From an uncultured Candidatus Saccharibacteria bacterium (GTDB taxonomy: Bacteria; Patescibacteriota; Minisyncoccia; Phycocordibacterales; UBA5272), in assembly GCA_964443675.1 (NCBI GenBank), contig CAYUDN010000003.1, positions 1 through 58,447 of the forward strand: a stretch of 58,447 nt of DNA, in the 5' to 3' direction. The stretch's first letter is position 1, and each line of letters begins with the position of its first letter. The notes below the pieces were generated by a model. The model worked only from the letters and a program-made list of their open reading frames with translations. It was not told where the DNA came from and made no database searches. A program made the translations under genes and the position numbers. This document shows positions 34,967 to 43,971 of the stretch, piece by piece.

Positions 34967-37606
34967 TTACTCCATATGCACCTGTTCTTTTTTCTTAATT
35001 GTTTCGAGAAGGGTGGGGTGATTCTCTAATCGCTCATCTTCTTTGATAAGTGCATGTGCTTCTTGTTGTGCAACTTCGACTAATTTTGGATTTTTGATTG
35101 CCTCCATTGCAAGGTCACTTATTCCCCACTGCTTGCCTTCTGTTAATGTGCCGATGCCACGTGTGAGCATATCTTGTTCTGCGAGCTCAAAACCATTTTT
35201 TGCTTTGACTAATCCCTTCAAGCGAGTGAAGGTTGTTTCACCAAAGCTTTCTGTGAAGAGATAACAGTAGGATTGGTGTGAAGATCTTCCGACACGGCCA
35301 CGCAACTGGTGGAGTTGCGCAAGACCAAATCTATCCGCATGTTCAATAATAATAACAGTAGCATTAGGAACATTCACACCGACTTCAACCACAGAGGTAG
35401 CAACTAATATGTCTGACTTTTTATCCAAAAAATCTTGCATTACTTCTTCCTTCTCTTCTTTTTTCATTTTGCTGTGAAGAATGTCGACAACGAATTCAGG
35501 GAAGACTTCTTCACTTAGACGCTTCGCTTCTTCTTTGACACTTTTTAGGATTCGCTTCTGTCTCTCCTCTTCATCTTGTTCATCAATGCGAGGGCAGATG
35601 ACATATACCTGTCTTCCTGCTTGCAGTTCTTGGCGTATTGCTTCGTACATTTCGTGACGTTTCGAAGCCTTCACAACCTCCGTGATAATTTTTTTGCGTT
35701 CTTTCGGTACTTCGTCAATTACCGTAAGATCAAGATCACCAAAAATAGTAAGTGCAAGAGTTCGAGGGATAGGGGTGGCAGTCATCGACAACAAGTGAGG
35801 TAACTTGTTCGCAGACCTCGCAGACTGAGGCAGACCTCGCAGACCTATCCGTGCGGTTTCGTACACGACACGTTTTATTTCTATGTCACTACCACCAAAG
35901 TTAACAAGAAAACCAACGGAGTAATCACTTCCTTGTAAATACGTAAGAAGTTGTCTCTCTTCTATGTTTCCAAGAAACTTAATTGACTTGAATTCAATAA
36001 TAACTTTTTCGTCAATGATAAAATCAGGTTGGTAGACACCAACTTTTTTATTGTGGTATACGACAGGTAGTTGTCTCTCCCTTGTGTAAGGAATAGAACG
36101 CTTTTGTAACTCAATTTCAAATGCATTCTGGTACACAAGTTCTTTATGCCCGAGTCCTAGTTGTTTCTTTAGATCAAAACAAATTCCTCGAAGTGTGTAC
36201 GATAATTCTTTATACAAAAACTCATCTGTGTTGTCTGCGTGGTCTGCATTAAGTCTGCGTGGTCTGCGAGAGAGCTCTGCTCTCTGTTTGACGCCGAAGC
36301 GGTGTTGTTCGTCGATGATAATGAGTGCGAGATCTTTGAATGCGACAGACTTCTGGATGAGTGCGTGTGTTCCGATCACGATGGAGATACGACCATCAGT
36401 CAGCCATTTGATGAGCTGCGCGCGTGAGATCGAAGTAGGCTCATCACTTGTTTTGCTCGGGTACTTCTTGCAACCACTTCCTGTTAAGAGACCGATCTCG
36501 ATACCGGTACCCTTGAAGTATTCGATGAAGCTTTCGAAGTGTTGCTTGGCAAGAATTTCTGTTGGTGCCATGTAGGCAACCTGAAGTGGTGTGCCGTGCT
36601 CTTCTTCGCTATTAGAAATAGTTGCATATGCTACCACCGCAGCAACGAACGTCTTGCCACTTCCTACATCACCCTCAAGAAGCCTTCCCATCGGCTTATG
36701 TGCTTTCATGTCATCAAGAATAGTTGCGATCGCATTCTTCTGGGCATTCGTTGGGGTAAAAGGGAAGCGCTTCATGAAGTCATTTAATGACTTTTTGGTG
36801 ATAGTAACTTCGTGTGCAACAGTATGACTGAGCTCTGCGCGCTCTTTCTCTTGTTGTAGTTTGAGATAAAAAATTTCTTCGAAGGCGAAGCGTTTGCGCG
36901 CCGCGATAGTGAGCGCTTCGTTCTTAGGGAAGTGAAGATAAAGAAGCGCGTCTTTGAGGTACGGAAGATGAAGTCGCTTAAGAGTTGCTTCTGGTATTGG
37001 ATCAATGATGTGATCGAGGACTCCTTTTGCAACAGCTTTTTTGATAAGCGTGTAGAGATACAGCGAAGAGACACCTTTGGTCTCGGGGTAGATCGGAGTG
37101 AGGAATGAAGTATCGTTCGAAGCTCCTTTTTCTTCTTTCTGTTCTTGTGATGTTTCGACGTGAGCAAGAAGTGTCTCTTGTGCAGCGGGGATCTCACCCG
37201 TTACTTTTTCGATGCTTGGATTAGAAAGAAGGAAACCTTTGCTGTCTTCTTGTACCACTCCCATGACTTTTACTTTGGTGCCTTCTTGATACATTTTGCC
37301 AATGTAGGCTTGGTTGAACCATATCGCCCGAATGAAGCCGGTGTTGTCTACGATACGTGCCTCGGTAAGTGGTATGTGTCCGCGGAAACTTCTTCGTACT
37401 ACTACTTTTTCCATCACACCATAAATGGTGACAGACTGACCTTTGGTGAGTGACCCGGTGCCTGCGATTTCACGAAGGTCCGCATAGCGAAAAGGGAAGT
37501 GAAAGAGAAGATCTTCTATGGTGGTAATAGAAAGACGATGAAGACCAGCTGCGTGATCTTTGTCTATTTTTGCAAGAGTAGTAATGTTCTCATGAAGAGG
37601 GGACAT
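34967..37606 (-). CDS. recG: ATP-dependent DNA helicase RecG carrying an in-frame 153-codon insertion
   Basis: 879 aa: N-terminal wedge/OB region, motif I GDVGSGKT, motif II DEQH, motif III MTATPIPRT, motif VI QLRGRVGRS. Confidence 0.9.
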   Translation of the reverse strand: MSPLHENITTLAKIDKDHAAGLHRLSITTIEDLLFHFPFRYADLREIAGTGSLTKGQSVTIYGVMEKVVVRRSFRGHIPLTEARIVDNTGFIRAIWFNQAYIGKMYQEGTKVKVMGVVQEDSKGFLLSNPSIEKVTGEIPAAQETLLAHVETSQEQKEEKGASNDTSFLTPIYPETKGVSSLYLYTLIKKAVAKGVLDHIIDPIPEATLKRLHLPYLKDALLYLHFPKNEALTIAARKRFAFEEIFYLKLQQEKERAELSHTVAHEVTITKKSLNDFMKRFPFTPTNAQKNAIATILDDMKAHKPMGRLLEGDVGSGKTFVAAVVAYATISNSEEEHGTPLQVAYMAPTEILAKQHFESFIEYFKGTGIEIGLLTGSGCKKYPSKTSDEPTSISRAQLIKWLTDGRISIVIGTHALIQKSVAFKDLALIIIDEQHRFGVKQRAELSRRPRRLNADHADNTDEFLYKELSYTLRGICFDLKKQLGLGHKELVYQNAFEIELQKRSIPYTRERQLPVVYHNKKVGVYQPDFIIDEKVIIEFKSIKFLGNIEERQLLTYLQGSDYSVGFLVNFGGSDIEIKRVVYETARIGLRGLPQSARSANKLPHLLSMTATPIPRTLALTIFGDLDLTVIDEVPKERKKIITEVVKASKRHEMYEAIRQELQAGRQVYVICPRIDEQDEEERQKRILKSVKEEAKRLSEEVFPEFVVDILHSKMKKEEKEEVMQDFLDKKSDILVATSVVEVGVNVPNATVIIIEHADRFGLAQLHQLRGRVGRSSHQSYCYLFTESFGETTFTRLKGLVKAKNGFELAEQDMLTRGIGTLTEGKQWGISDLAMEAIKNPKLVEVAQQEAHALIKEDERLENHPTLLETIKKKEQVHME
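35810..36268 (-). mobile_element. TIR-bounded GxxExxY (PD-(D/E)XK) module inserted in-frame in recG
   Basis: 36-bp inverted repeats at 35810-35845 and 36233-36268 (31/36 identical with one gap), each made of four CGCAGAC heptads. The interior encodes GHKELVY...DFIIDEKVIIEFK...LLTYL...GFLVNFG. 459 bp = 153 codons with no stop. Confidence 0.75.
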
Positions 37607-37614
37607 GAAAAGTA

Positions 37615-37950
37615 TTAGCGTGCATTTCTTTTACTGAATCTGTCGAAACCATTTCCAGGTTCATTGTAAGGAGATTTAGGTTTTTGTTGTGTTCGACGCA
37701 CTAGTTCTTCCTGTATCGCATCAAGCTCTTTTTCAATTTCTTCCAGTCGGTTAGTTTTTTTCTGTAACCAAAATTCAGAAGAAGCTCTTTCTTCTGGGGT
37801 GTTTGCAGAGTCTGTTTCTTTTCGTAGTTTAACCAGTAAAGGTCGAATATCTTTAAGTTCTTCCAATAGAGTATTTCTTCTACTGGTTATTTCTTCCTGA
37901 CTCATGTTTTCAAAAGTAGTTGTATTGATTTTTGGTTGTTCCATTGGCAT
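37615..37950 (-). CDS. hypothetical charged, probably helical protein (111 aa)
   Basis: ORF with TATACT 8 nt upstream of the ATG. Composition looks coiled-coil-like. Confidence 0.5.
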   Translation of the reverse strand: MPMEQPKINTTTFENMSQEEITSRRNTLLEELKDIRPLLVKLRKETDSANTPEERASSEFWLQKKTNRLEEIEKELDAIQEELVRRTQQKPKSPYNEPGNGFDRFSKRNAR

Positions 37951-38015
37951 ATGAGGAAAGTATACCTTTTTCTAAAAAATATGCATATGCTATGCAAATG
38001 AAAGACCGCCCCGGT

Positions 38016-38591
38016 CTATTGTGGGCGGTCAGAGGGGACGGCAATAAGTCTTGCTTGGTGAGGGGTGTGTGCAACTCTTTCACGCTGCTCTCTCGTAAAG
38101 GCAATTGTCTTGTCGAGAACATCAAGTATTGTGTTGATTTCCTTGCGCTGGGATCTTGTTAAGGTTTTTTCGTGATCAAGAAGAAGATCGGTAACTCGTG
38201 CACGTCTTTCGTAGAGTACAACAATTTCTTCTAGAAGCAAATTATACACCTCGGTTTTCTCGCCATCGATTGCTTCCCAGGTGGTACGGTGTGTATCCAC
38301 AGACTGTACCCCGGTCGCAAGGGAGAGATTTGTCTCTTGATAGTTACTCTGTACTCTTCCTGTGATTGCCAAAGAAAGTGCAAATGTTCTTTCTTGGTGA
38401 GCAAACAACTGCTCGATAAGCTTGTTCAGTTGATTGGCAGCGTCGAGCTCTCCCTTTTTTATGTGTCTGTCACGCTGTTCTTGAAGTTGCTGTCGTATGG
38501 TTTGCAGTGTTTTTTCACCAAAGAGATCGATAGCTTCCTTTGCTTTTTGTAGTACCGTCCAGAAGGTAAAGTCTGGTGTTGGCGCTATCAT
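38016..38591 (-). CDS. hypothetical probably helical protein (191 aa)
   Basis: ORF with AGGAG 7 nt upstream of the ATG. Confidence 0.55.
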   Translation of the reverse strand: MIAPTPDFTFWTVLQKAKEAIDLFGEKTLQTIRQQLQEQRDRHIKKGELDAANQLNKLIEQLFAHQERTFALSLAITGRVQSNYQETNLSLATGVQSVDTHRTTWEAIDGEKTEVYNLLLEEIVVLYERRARVTDLLLDHEKTLTRSQRKEINTILDVLDKTIAFTREQRERVAHTPHQARLIAVPSDRPQ

Positions 38592-38716
38592 TGTGAGCTC
38601 CTAAAGGTCAACTACTTTTGATACTACGCTTTGGCGATGTGTGTGTCAATAAAAGGAAAAGCCACTCGGTGTATAAGCAGGTGGCTTTGTTGTTGATCGT
38701 CGTCGTGTTGCAGATA

Positions 38717-39025
38717 TCACAGGAATCCTATTTTCGACGGAGGTTTCTCAGAAGAGAATGGACTTTTCTTTTGCGAAAGAGCTGCTCTTCTTGCTGCTAT
38801 CTGTGTTGTTAGTCTGTGAAGATCAAGGACTAGTGCGAAAAGTTCTCGTTTTTCTTCACATGCGGACATCTGGCTGTTTAGCAAGAGGTCGGTAACCTCC
38901 TTTTGTAGTTTTTGGATGGATGTTTCGGATCGAGTGAGGATATTTGCTAGAGTTCTTTTGATACGAGTAACGTCGCGAGCAAGTTTTTTTCTCTTTATGG
39001 CGTCGGTGTTTGTGTTCTGTTTCAT
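38717..39025 (-). CDS. hypothetical basic, probably helical protein (103 aa)
   Basis: Start moved to ATG 39025 behind GGAGAAAGG. Confidence 0.5.
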   Translation of the reverse strand: MKQNTNTDAIKRKKLARDVTRIKRTLANILTRSETSIQKLQKEVTDLLLNSQMSACEEKRELFALVLDLHRLTTQIAARRAALSQKKSPFSSEKPPSKIGFL

Positions 39026-39133
39026 TACCTTTCTCCTTAGTGGTGAAGTGCTTCTGCTTGTGATACTACCGTTAATGAAGAATGTCGTCAACAAACGAGT
39101 TGAGATACTAGATGAAGTGTAGGGGTGAGGTTT

Positions 39134-39505
39134 TTATCTAAACTGTGGTCGTGAGTGATAGATGATGAGCGCAAGGGTAACTAGGATGAGCACAAAGAGA
39201 AGCATGTTGGTGCCTGCGTAGGCACCGACAGAGAAGTTGATATACAGTGACGCAGAAAGAATGAGAAGCACTACGATGAGAGGGAGTATTGGTCGTGGCC
39301 ACACAAGAATAAGGATGCCAAGGAAGATGAAGAAAGAGTGCCACAAGGTGAAGGTGACAGTTTCTGAAAGTTGCATTGATTGGTTGATGCACTCAAAGAG
39401 CGCCATGCGAGCCTTCTTTACCCCAAGCGAAAGTGCTTGCGCATGAGGATAGATGAAGTAAAGCGCAACTGCAAGTCTAAGAAGATAGGGCCAAATGTTA
39501 AACAT
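39134..39505 (-). CDS. small integral membrane protein (124 aa)
   Basis: Start moved to ATG 39505, 6 nt after TGGTATACT. Four predicted TM helices. Confidence 0.6.
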   Translation of the reverse strand: MFNIWPYLLRLAVALYFIYPHAQALSLGVKKARMALFECINQSMQLSETVTFTLWHSFFIFLGILILVWPRPILPLIVVLLILSASLYINFSVGAYAGTNMLLFVLILVTLALIIYHSRPQFR

Positions 39506-39520
39506 AAAAAAAGTATACCA

Positions 39521-39632
39521 TAGAGATAGATAACAGATAACAGAGCGTGGGCGGCAGAACACAGACAACAGATAGACAGACAACAGACAAATACAGGGGG
39601 CGGCCGCGAAGCGGCCGCCCCCTGTAGTATCA
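39521..39632. repeat. ACAGA-rich element (one-armed) plus GC hairpin
   Basis: GATAACAGATAACAGA...ACAGACAACAGATAGACAGACAACAGACAAATACAG followed by GGGGGCGGCCGC-GAAG-CGGCCGCCCCC. Confidence 0.7.
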
Positions 39633-39684
39633 GGTATCTATTCACTCTACTGTGATTACCATTTCGAAGCAGGGTTTCTTTGAG

Positions 39685-39732
39685 TATATTTTCTGCTTCA
39701 GTCCGCGTTAGTTCAGCATTTGTCCGCGTCTA
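39685..39732 (+). repeat. CGCGGAC-type repeat element (E4), direct repeat of 45414-45443
   Basis: TATATTTTCTGCTTCAGTCCGCGTTAGTTCA matches 45414-45443 at 27/31 positions. It contains two GTCCGCG heptads. Confidence 0.65.
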
Positions 39733-42700
39733 CTATTGTTCGTTACTATTTGCAATACGTACACGTGCAGTTGCTCGTTTTCCATTACCGCAATCAACAG
39801 TGAAGTCTGTAGTGTAAGAGATCTGAAGTGTTTTCTTGCCAATAGCTTTTGCACCTGATCCTGTTTGACCTGTTGCGATATATTTTACTGCGTTTGCGAT
39901 TGGTCTTCCGTCATCGGTGTACCCAGAGGCAAGTATTGTTTTTATTCTATTAATCGCAGTTGTTTGATCTTCTTTTGCTTCGTGTTGAGTGTCACGACCT
40001 CCATTAGTACCTGCAGAGGTTGGAGTGGTGCATACTCCGTTAGTACACACTGCTGCAGCAGAGATGGTGCAGAATGGTGCAGTAATCGAAGGGTTGGCAA
40101 TACTCCAAGAGATTGTTGACTTACCTCCTGAGGTAATTGTTTTTGGATATGCTTCGACTGAGACAGTTGCTCCATCTGGTGGAGGGGAATGGTAGGACTT
40201 AGTTACTGAGTCGCTCACGGAACCATGGATACAGTATACTTTGTAGTTTCCTGTTACTGCTACTGGAATACTAGTTACTCCTGAATAGGTACTTGTTGCA
40301 ACATATGCAGTGCCATCTTTGTAGACACTGTACTTAAGAGAATTGGAACAGGTGAGTGTAATTGCTTCAGGAGAGGTATAGTAGTAGTCACCAGAGACTA
40401 CCGCAGACACTACTTGAGGATTCGCACAGACACTATTGGTTGTATCGTACGTGTATCCAGAAGGGCAGACACATGAGGCCGCACTTCCTGATCCCGCTGG
40501 AGCGGTGGTGCCGTTCGGACAAGCAACAGGAGGTTTCGATGTTCCTCCGGGAGGAGTGTTACCACCATCACAGTAGGTGTTCGCAAGACAAAGAGTTGGG
40601 GGGTCAAAACCAGTACAATAATTTCCTAGAGGGCAAGGGGTACAAACTCCACCATTGTCATAGTTTCCTTCTGTACAAACACCAGACCCTCCAGATACAT
40701 TTACAGTAGACCAGACACTACAGTTATTAGTTTCATCAGATTCTGTGATCACACCACTGTTGCCGCTATTTAGTTTGTCCCCACAAACACGTATTGATTG
40801 CACTGCAGAACCAGTGAACGTATGTGTGAATGAGATACTAAGACTTTGTCCCGCATTCATTGCTTGATGGTTGTTTACCAAAGCGTAGTCAGTTACTGTT
40901 CCGGAACCGCTATCTCCTGTTGCTACTTGATAGAAGACAGGGAAGGAGGCTCCTGTTCCTGCTGTTCCTTGATTAGTGAGGGTTGTTGTGAGATTGGTGG
41001 ATTGGTTAACTGAGGTGGTAATAGGAAGTGTAGCAGAGCCTTGCTTGAGAACCGGAGAAGCAATAAGATCAGGGGATGCTGCACTTACAGTTACCGTGGT
41101 CCATGTTGGACTGCAATTGTTCCCTTCATTACTTCCTTCGTCAATAGACCCTGTGTCGCTTGAATTTGCTTTATCTGCACATGCTCGCATGTAATAAGTA
41201 CCAGGGGAAGAGAATGTGTAGGACTTGGATGCTTGCGCACTTGCTGAAGCACCAAGCGTGCTTACTGTAACTGAAGGAATATCGGTAACTGTTCCTCCGC
41301 CATTTGGTAATGTTGAGTATTGGAAGAATGTATCGAACGATGCTCCAGTACTTACAAGACCGCCATTTGAGATGGTTGCAGCGAAGGTGGTTGCGTTTCC
41401 TGTGATTGCAGAAGAAGGTGATACTGCTCCTGCACTAAGGTCAGGGTAGAGGCCTGTAGTGTAGACGGTTAGATCTGCGCCAGAAGATTGAGTTTGGTTG
41501 CTGTTGTTTCTACACTCTCCACGATAAAGGTAAGCTCCTGAAGCTCCTGGAATAGTTACGGTATAATTTTTTTGTCCTAAAGATCCGTACCCTGTTCCAA
41601 AGTATGACCAATTATGTAAGGTGGCTCCATTGTTATCGAGGAGTCGACACCATACTTCGATCATGCTGTCTGTGGTTATAGAATACCCGATAGTAATAGT
41701 TGACCCAGGGGTAATGTTTGTTCTGTCTGTTGCGCTTACATAAATACCTTGATCTTGCACACATACACCACCACTCATGCTATATCCTGACGTACAGGTA
41801 CAACTTCCAACACCAACTGATCCAGCAGGCGCGCTTGAATTAGCAGGACATGAGTAGCAAGATCCTCCGCTATAGTATGTATGAATAGGACAGAAGTCAC
41901 AGGTTGGATAATTAGTTGCACCATTGCTACAGGTCCCACTGTTATCTTGGGTACATGATTGAGAAGTAACGCCGTAGGTGCCATTGGAACAGATAAATGT
42001 TGCAGACCCTGTATAACCACTTTGAGTGTTGGTGACGGAGTTAGATGCGCCATTAGTGGTTGCAGCAATAGTCCCAAGACATGAAGTTCCCCAGTTGATA
42101 AGTTGTGAAGGACAGTTGTTTCCACTTGTGACACAAGTAGGCACCGTACCACCGTTATTACAGGTACAACTGTTATAAGGAGAGAGAACACTTGCAAGAC
42201 ATCCACCACATCCTGTTGCGCCACAAGAAGCACATGAGGATCCGTCCCAGTATTGAGTGCTTCCACAAAGTTGTGCTACCTGACATGATGCGGAATCACA
42301 CGACCAACGGAAGTAACCGCCAGAGTCTGATGTGTCTGAGTAAGCGCCAGAAGAACATCGCTCGCTTGCATTTGTTGGTTGGCTTGATACCGGAGAGCCA
42401 TTGTGTGCGGTACCACAACTACCACTACTTGGTGCGATACATTGTCCTACACTTGTTGAGCCGGAAGGGGAGGTGTAGTTAGTTGGACAGTCGTACTTTT
42501 TGTAATCACCAGGGCAGTAGCTATTAGCGGGGCAGGTGCTACAACTATAGGTTCCTGGGTCGTATTGTCCAGCAGGACAGGTGAAAGAAAAACAAGTACT
42601 TCCCGGGTTGACGGTGTAGGTGTCAGTAGTTGCGTTACAGGTAAACGATGCATATCCATCTTGTCCTGCACTATAGGTAGTATCGTTACGAAGTGATGCT

Positions 42701-43839
42701 GTGGATTGTGTGTCGTTGGTGACACCAGAAAGTGACATACATCTATCAAGATTAGCACCTGTTCCCCAAAGAACTAGTTTTGAAGAACATGTTGAAGTAG
42801 GTGGTCTTGTTGCAGAACATGATGCCGTGTTAGAGGTTCCTCCTCCTGCACAAGTCCAAGTATAATTACTTGCACTTGTGGTGACACTACTTGGTGTTCC
42901 TATGGTACAAAGATTAGATGAAGGTGCTGATGCAAAACTTTGACCATTAGATGTTCCACATGATGCTTGGCGGTATGCCTGACATGAGAGGGATCCACTG
43001 TTACAGGTCCAATCATAAGTGCTTGCGTTGGTAGTGACACTGCTTGCCGATCCGCTGGAACATAGTCCCGAAACTGGCGCAGAAGAAGTAACGGTCTGGT
43101 CTGATGATCCACAAGTGATTGATGGTGCTACCGCGACACAAGATGAGCCATTCCATGTAGTAGTTGTTCCGTCACACACAGTTACTTGTGCGGATGTGGA
43201 AGTGCTTCCACTTGCATTGGTGCAAGTGGTGGTAAATGTCCAATCTCCGGTGCTTGTTTGTGCCGAAAGAGAGTCGTTCATTAAAGAAGAAACAACAGTT
43301 CCTCCAGGATTTTGTGTTGTCGAACAACTTGTTGCACCGGAAGATGAAATCGTGTAGGTGAAAGTGTCACCATTGTTCCCACCACGAGGGGTTGCAGATA
43401 GAGATGCGGTTGGGGTGCTTCCTCCGCCACTAGCGACACAGGCAGTACCATTCCAGGTTGGTGTTGCGCCAGAGCAGTCATTAATAGTAAGTGTTGCTGT
43501 ATCGAAGTGAGTTGAATCTGCTGCACATTTAAATGTATACGATTGAGGAAAAGACTGTGCAGAGTTTCCGTAAACAGGAGAACTGATGCTGCCAGAAACG
43601 TCATTTGTGCTCGCCCATTGAGTTGCAAGAGTGTCACCTGAAGCGCTGTTATCAGGGTACTGTGTACCGCTATATGAAGGAGTACAAAATAGTGCTCCTG
43701 CTACATTCCATGTGAGTGTTGCGGTCTCACCACGTGTCCTGGTCACAGGGTTACCAGCGTACGTATGTGGAATATTAGTAACCGTTACTAAGAAAAACGA
43801 AATAAAAATAAGAGCTTGTAAAGAAAAATATCGTATCAT
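39733..43839 (-). CDS. giant secreted Cys-rich surface protein (1368 aa)
   Basis: Signal peptide (FISFFLVTVTNIPHTYA). Repeated W-N-G-[ST]-x-C-V and CG...LC...W[TS]C modules. CxxCPxxxYC ephrin-receptor-like/GCC2-GCC3-type repeats. Two CARDB-like segments (PDL...NxG...DExNExNNC). Confidence 0.8.
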   Translation of the reverse strand: MIRYFSLQALIFISFFLVTVTNIPHTYAGNPVTRTRGETATLTWNVAGALFCTPSYSGTQYPDNSASGDTLATQWASTNDVSGSISSPVYGNSAQSFPQSYTFKCAADSTHFDTATLTINDCSGATPTWNGTACVASGGGSTPTASLSATPRGGNNGDTFTYTISSSGATSCSTTQNPGGTVVSSLMNDSLSAQTSTGDWTFTTTCTNASGSTSTSAQVTVCDGTTTTWNGSSCVAVAPSITCGSSDQTVTSSAPVSGLCSSGSASSVTTNASTYDWTCNSGSLSCQAYRQASCGTSNGQSFASAPSSNLCTIGTPSSVTTSASNYTWTCAGGGTSNTASCSATRPPTSTCSSKLVLWGTGANLDRCMSLSGVTNDTQSTASLRNDTTYSAGQDGYASFTCNATTDTYTVNPGSTCFSFTCPAGQYDPGTYSCSTCPANSYCPGDYKKYDCPTNYTSPSGSTSVGQCIAPSSGSCGTAHNGSPVSSQPTNASERCSSGAYSDTSDSGGYFRWSCDSASCQVAQLCGSTQYWDGSSCASCGATGCGGCLASVLSPYNSCTCNNGGTVPTCVTSGNNCPSQLINWGTSCLGTIAATTNGASNSVTNTQSGYTGSATFICSNGTYGVTSQSCTQDNSGTCSNGATNYPTCDFCPIHTYYSGGSCYSCPANSSAPAGSVGVGSCTCTSGYSMSGGVCVQDQGIYVSATDRTNITPGSTITIGYSITTDSMIEVWCRLLDNNGATLHNWSYFGTGYGSLGQKNYTVTIPGASGAYLYRGECRNNSNQTQSSGADLTVYTTGLYPDLSAGAVSPSSAITGNATTFAATISNGGLVSTGASFDTFFQYSTLPNGGGTVTDIPSVTVSTLGASASAQASKSYTFSSPGTYYMRACADKANSSDTGSIDEGSNEGNNCSPTWTTVTVSAASPDLIASPVLKQGSATLPITTSVNQSTNLTTTLTNQGTAGTGASFPVFYQVATGDSGSGTVTDYALVNNHQAMNAGQSLSISFTHTFTGSAVQSIRVCGDKLNSGNSGVITESDETNNCSVWSTVNVSGGSGVCTEGNYDNGGVCTPCPLGNYCTGFDPPTLCLANTYCDGGNTPPGGTSKPPVACPNGTTAPAGSGSAASCVCPSGYTYDTTNSVCANPQVVSAVVSGDYYYTSPEAITLTCSNSLKYSVYKDGTAYVATSTYSGVTSIPVAVTGNYKVYCIHGSVSDSVTKSYHSPPPDGATVSVEAYPKTITSGGKSTISWSIANPSITAPFCTISAAAVCTNGVCTTPTSAGTNGGRDTQHEAKEDQTTAINRIKTILASGYTDDGRPIANAVKYIATGQTGSGAKAIGKKTLQISYTTDFTVDCGNGKRATARVRIANSNEQ

Positions 43840-43971
43840 ATTTTTAAGTATAGTCTAGTTATGCAAAAGAAAAAGGGCTTCATCAACAGGGTATGTTGAT
43901 GAAGCCAAAAAAGTATCCGACGCACTAGCATGCCACGAGAATCTCTCTTGGGTTCTTAATGGTTGACTAGA

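Noticed and set aside
35810-36268. The recG insertion interpreted as an intein.
   Set aside because: There is no Cys/Ser/Thr at the N-junction and no His-Asn plus Cys/Ser/Thr at the C-junction (the junctions read ELS|RRP and RSA|NKL). There are no Hint-domain motifs. The content is PD-(D/E)XK-like with DNA inverted repeats instead.
39134-39583. Upstream extensions of several ORF-track entries (for example 39583, 21236, 14714, 16832, 33791, 4506, 3767, 1634, 47086).
   Set aside because: The extensions run through terminators, repeat elements or upstream genes and encode low-complexity peptides. Conserved N-termini and nearby -10 or SD signals support the internal starts given in the feature list.
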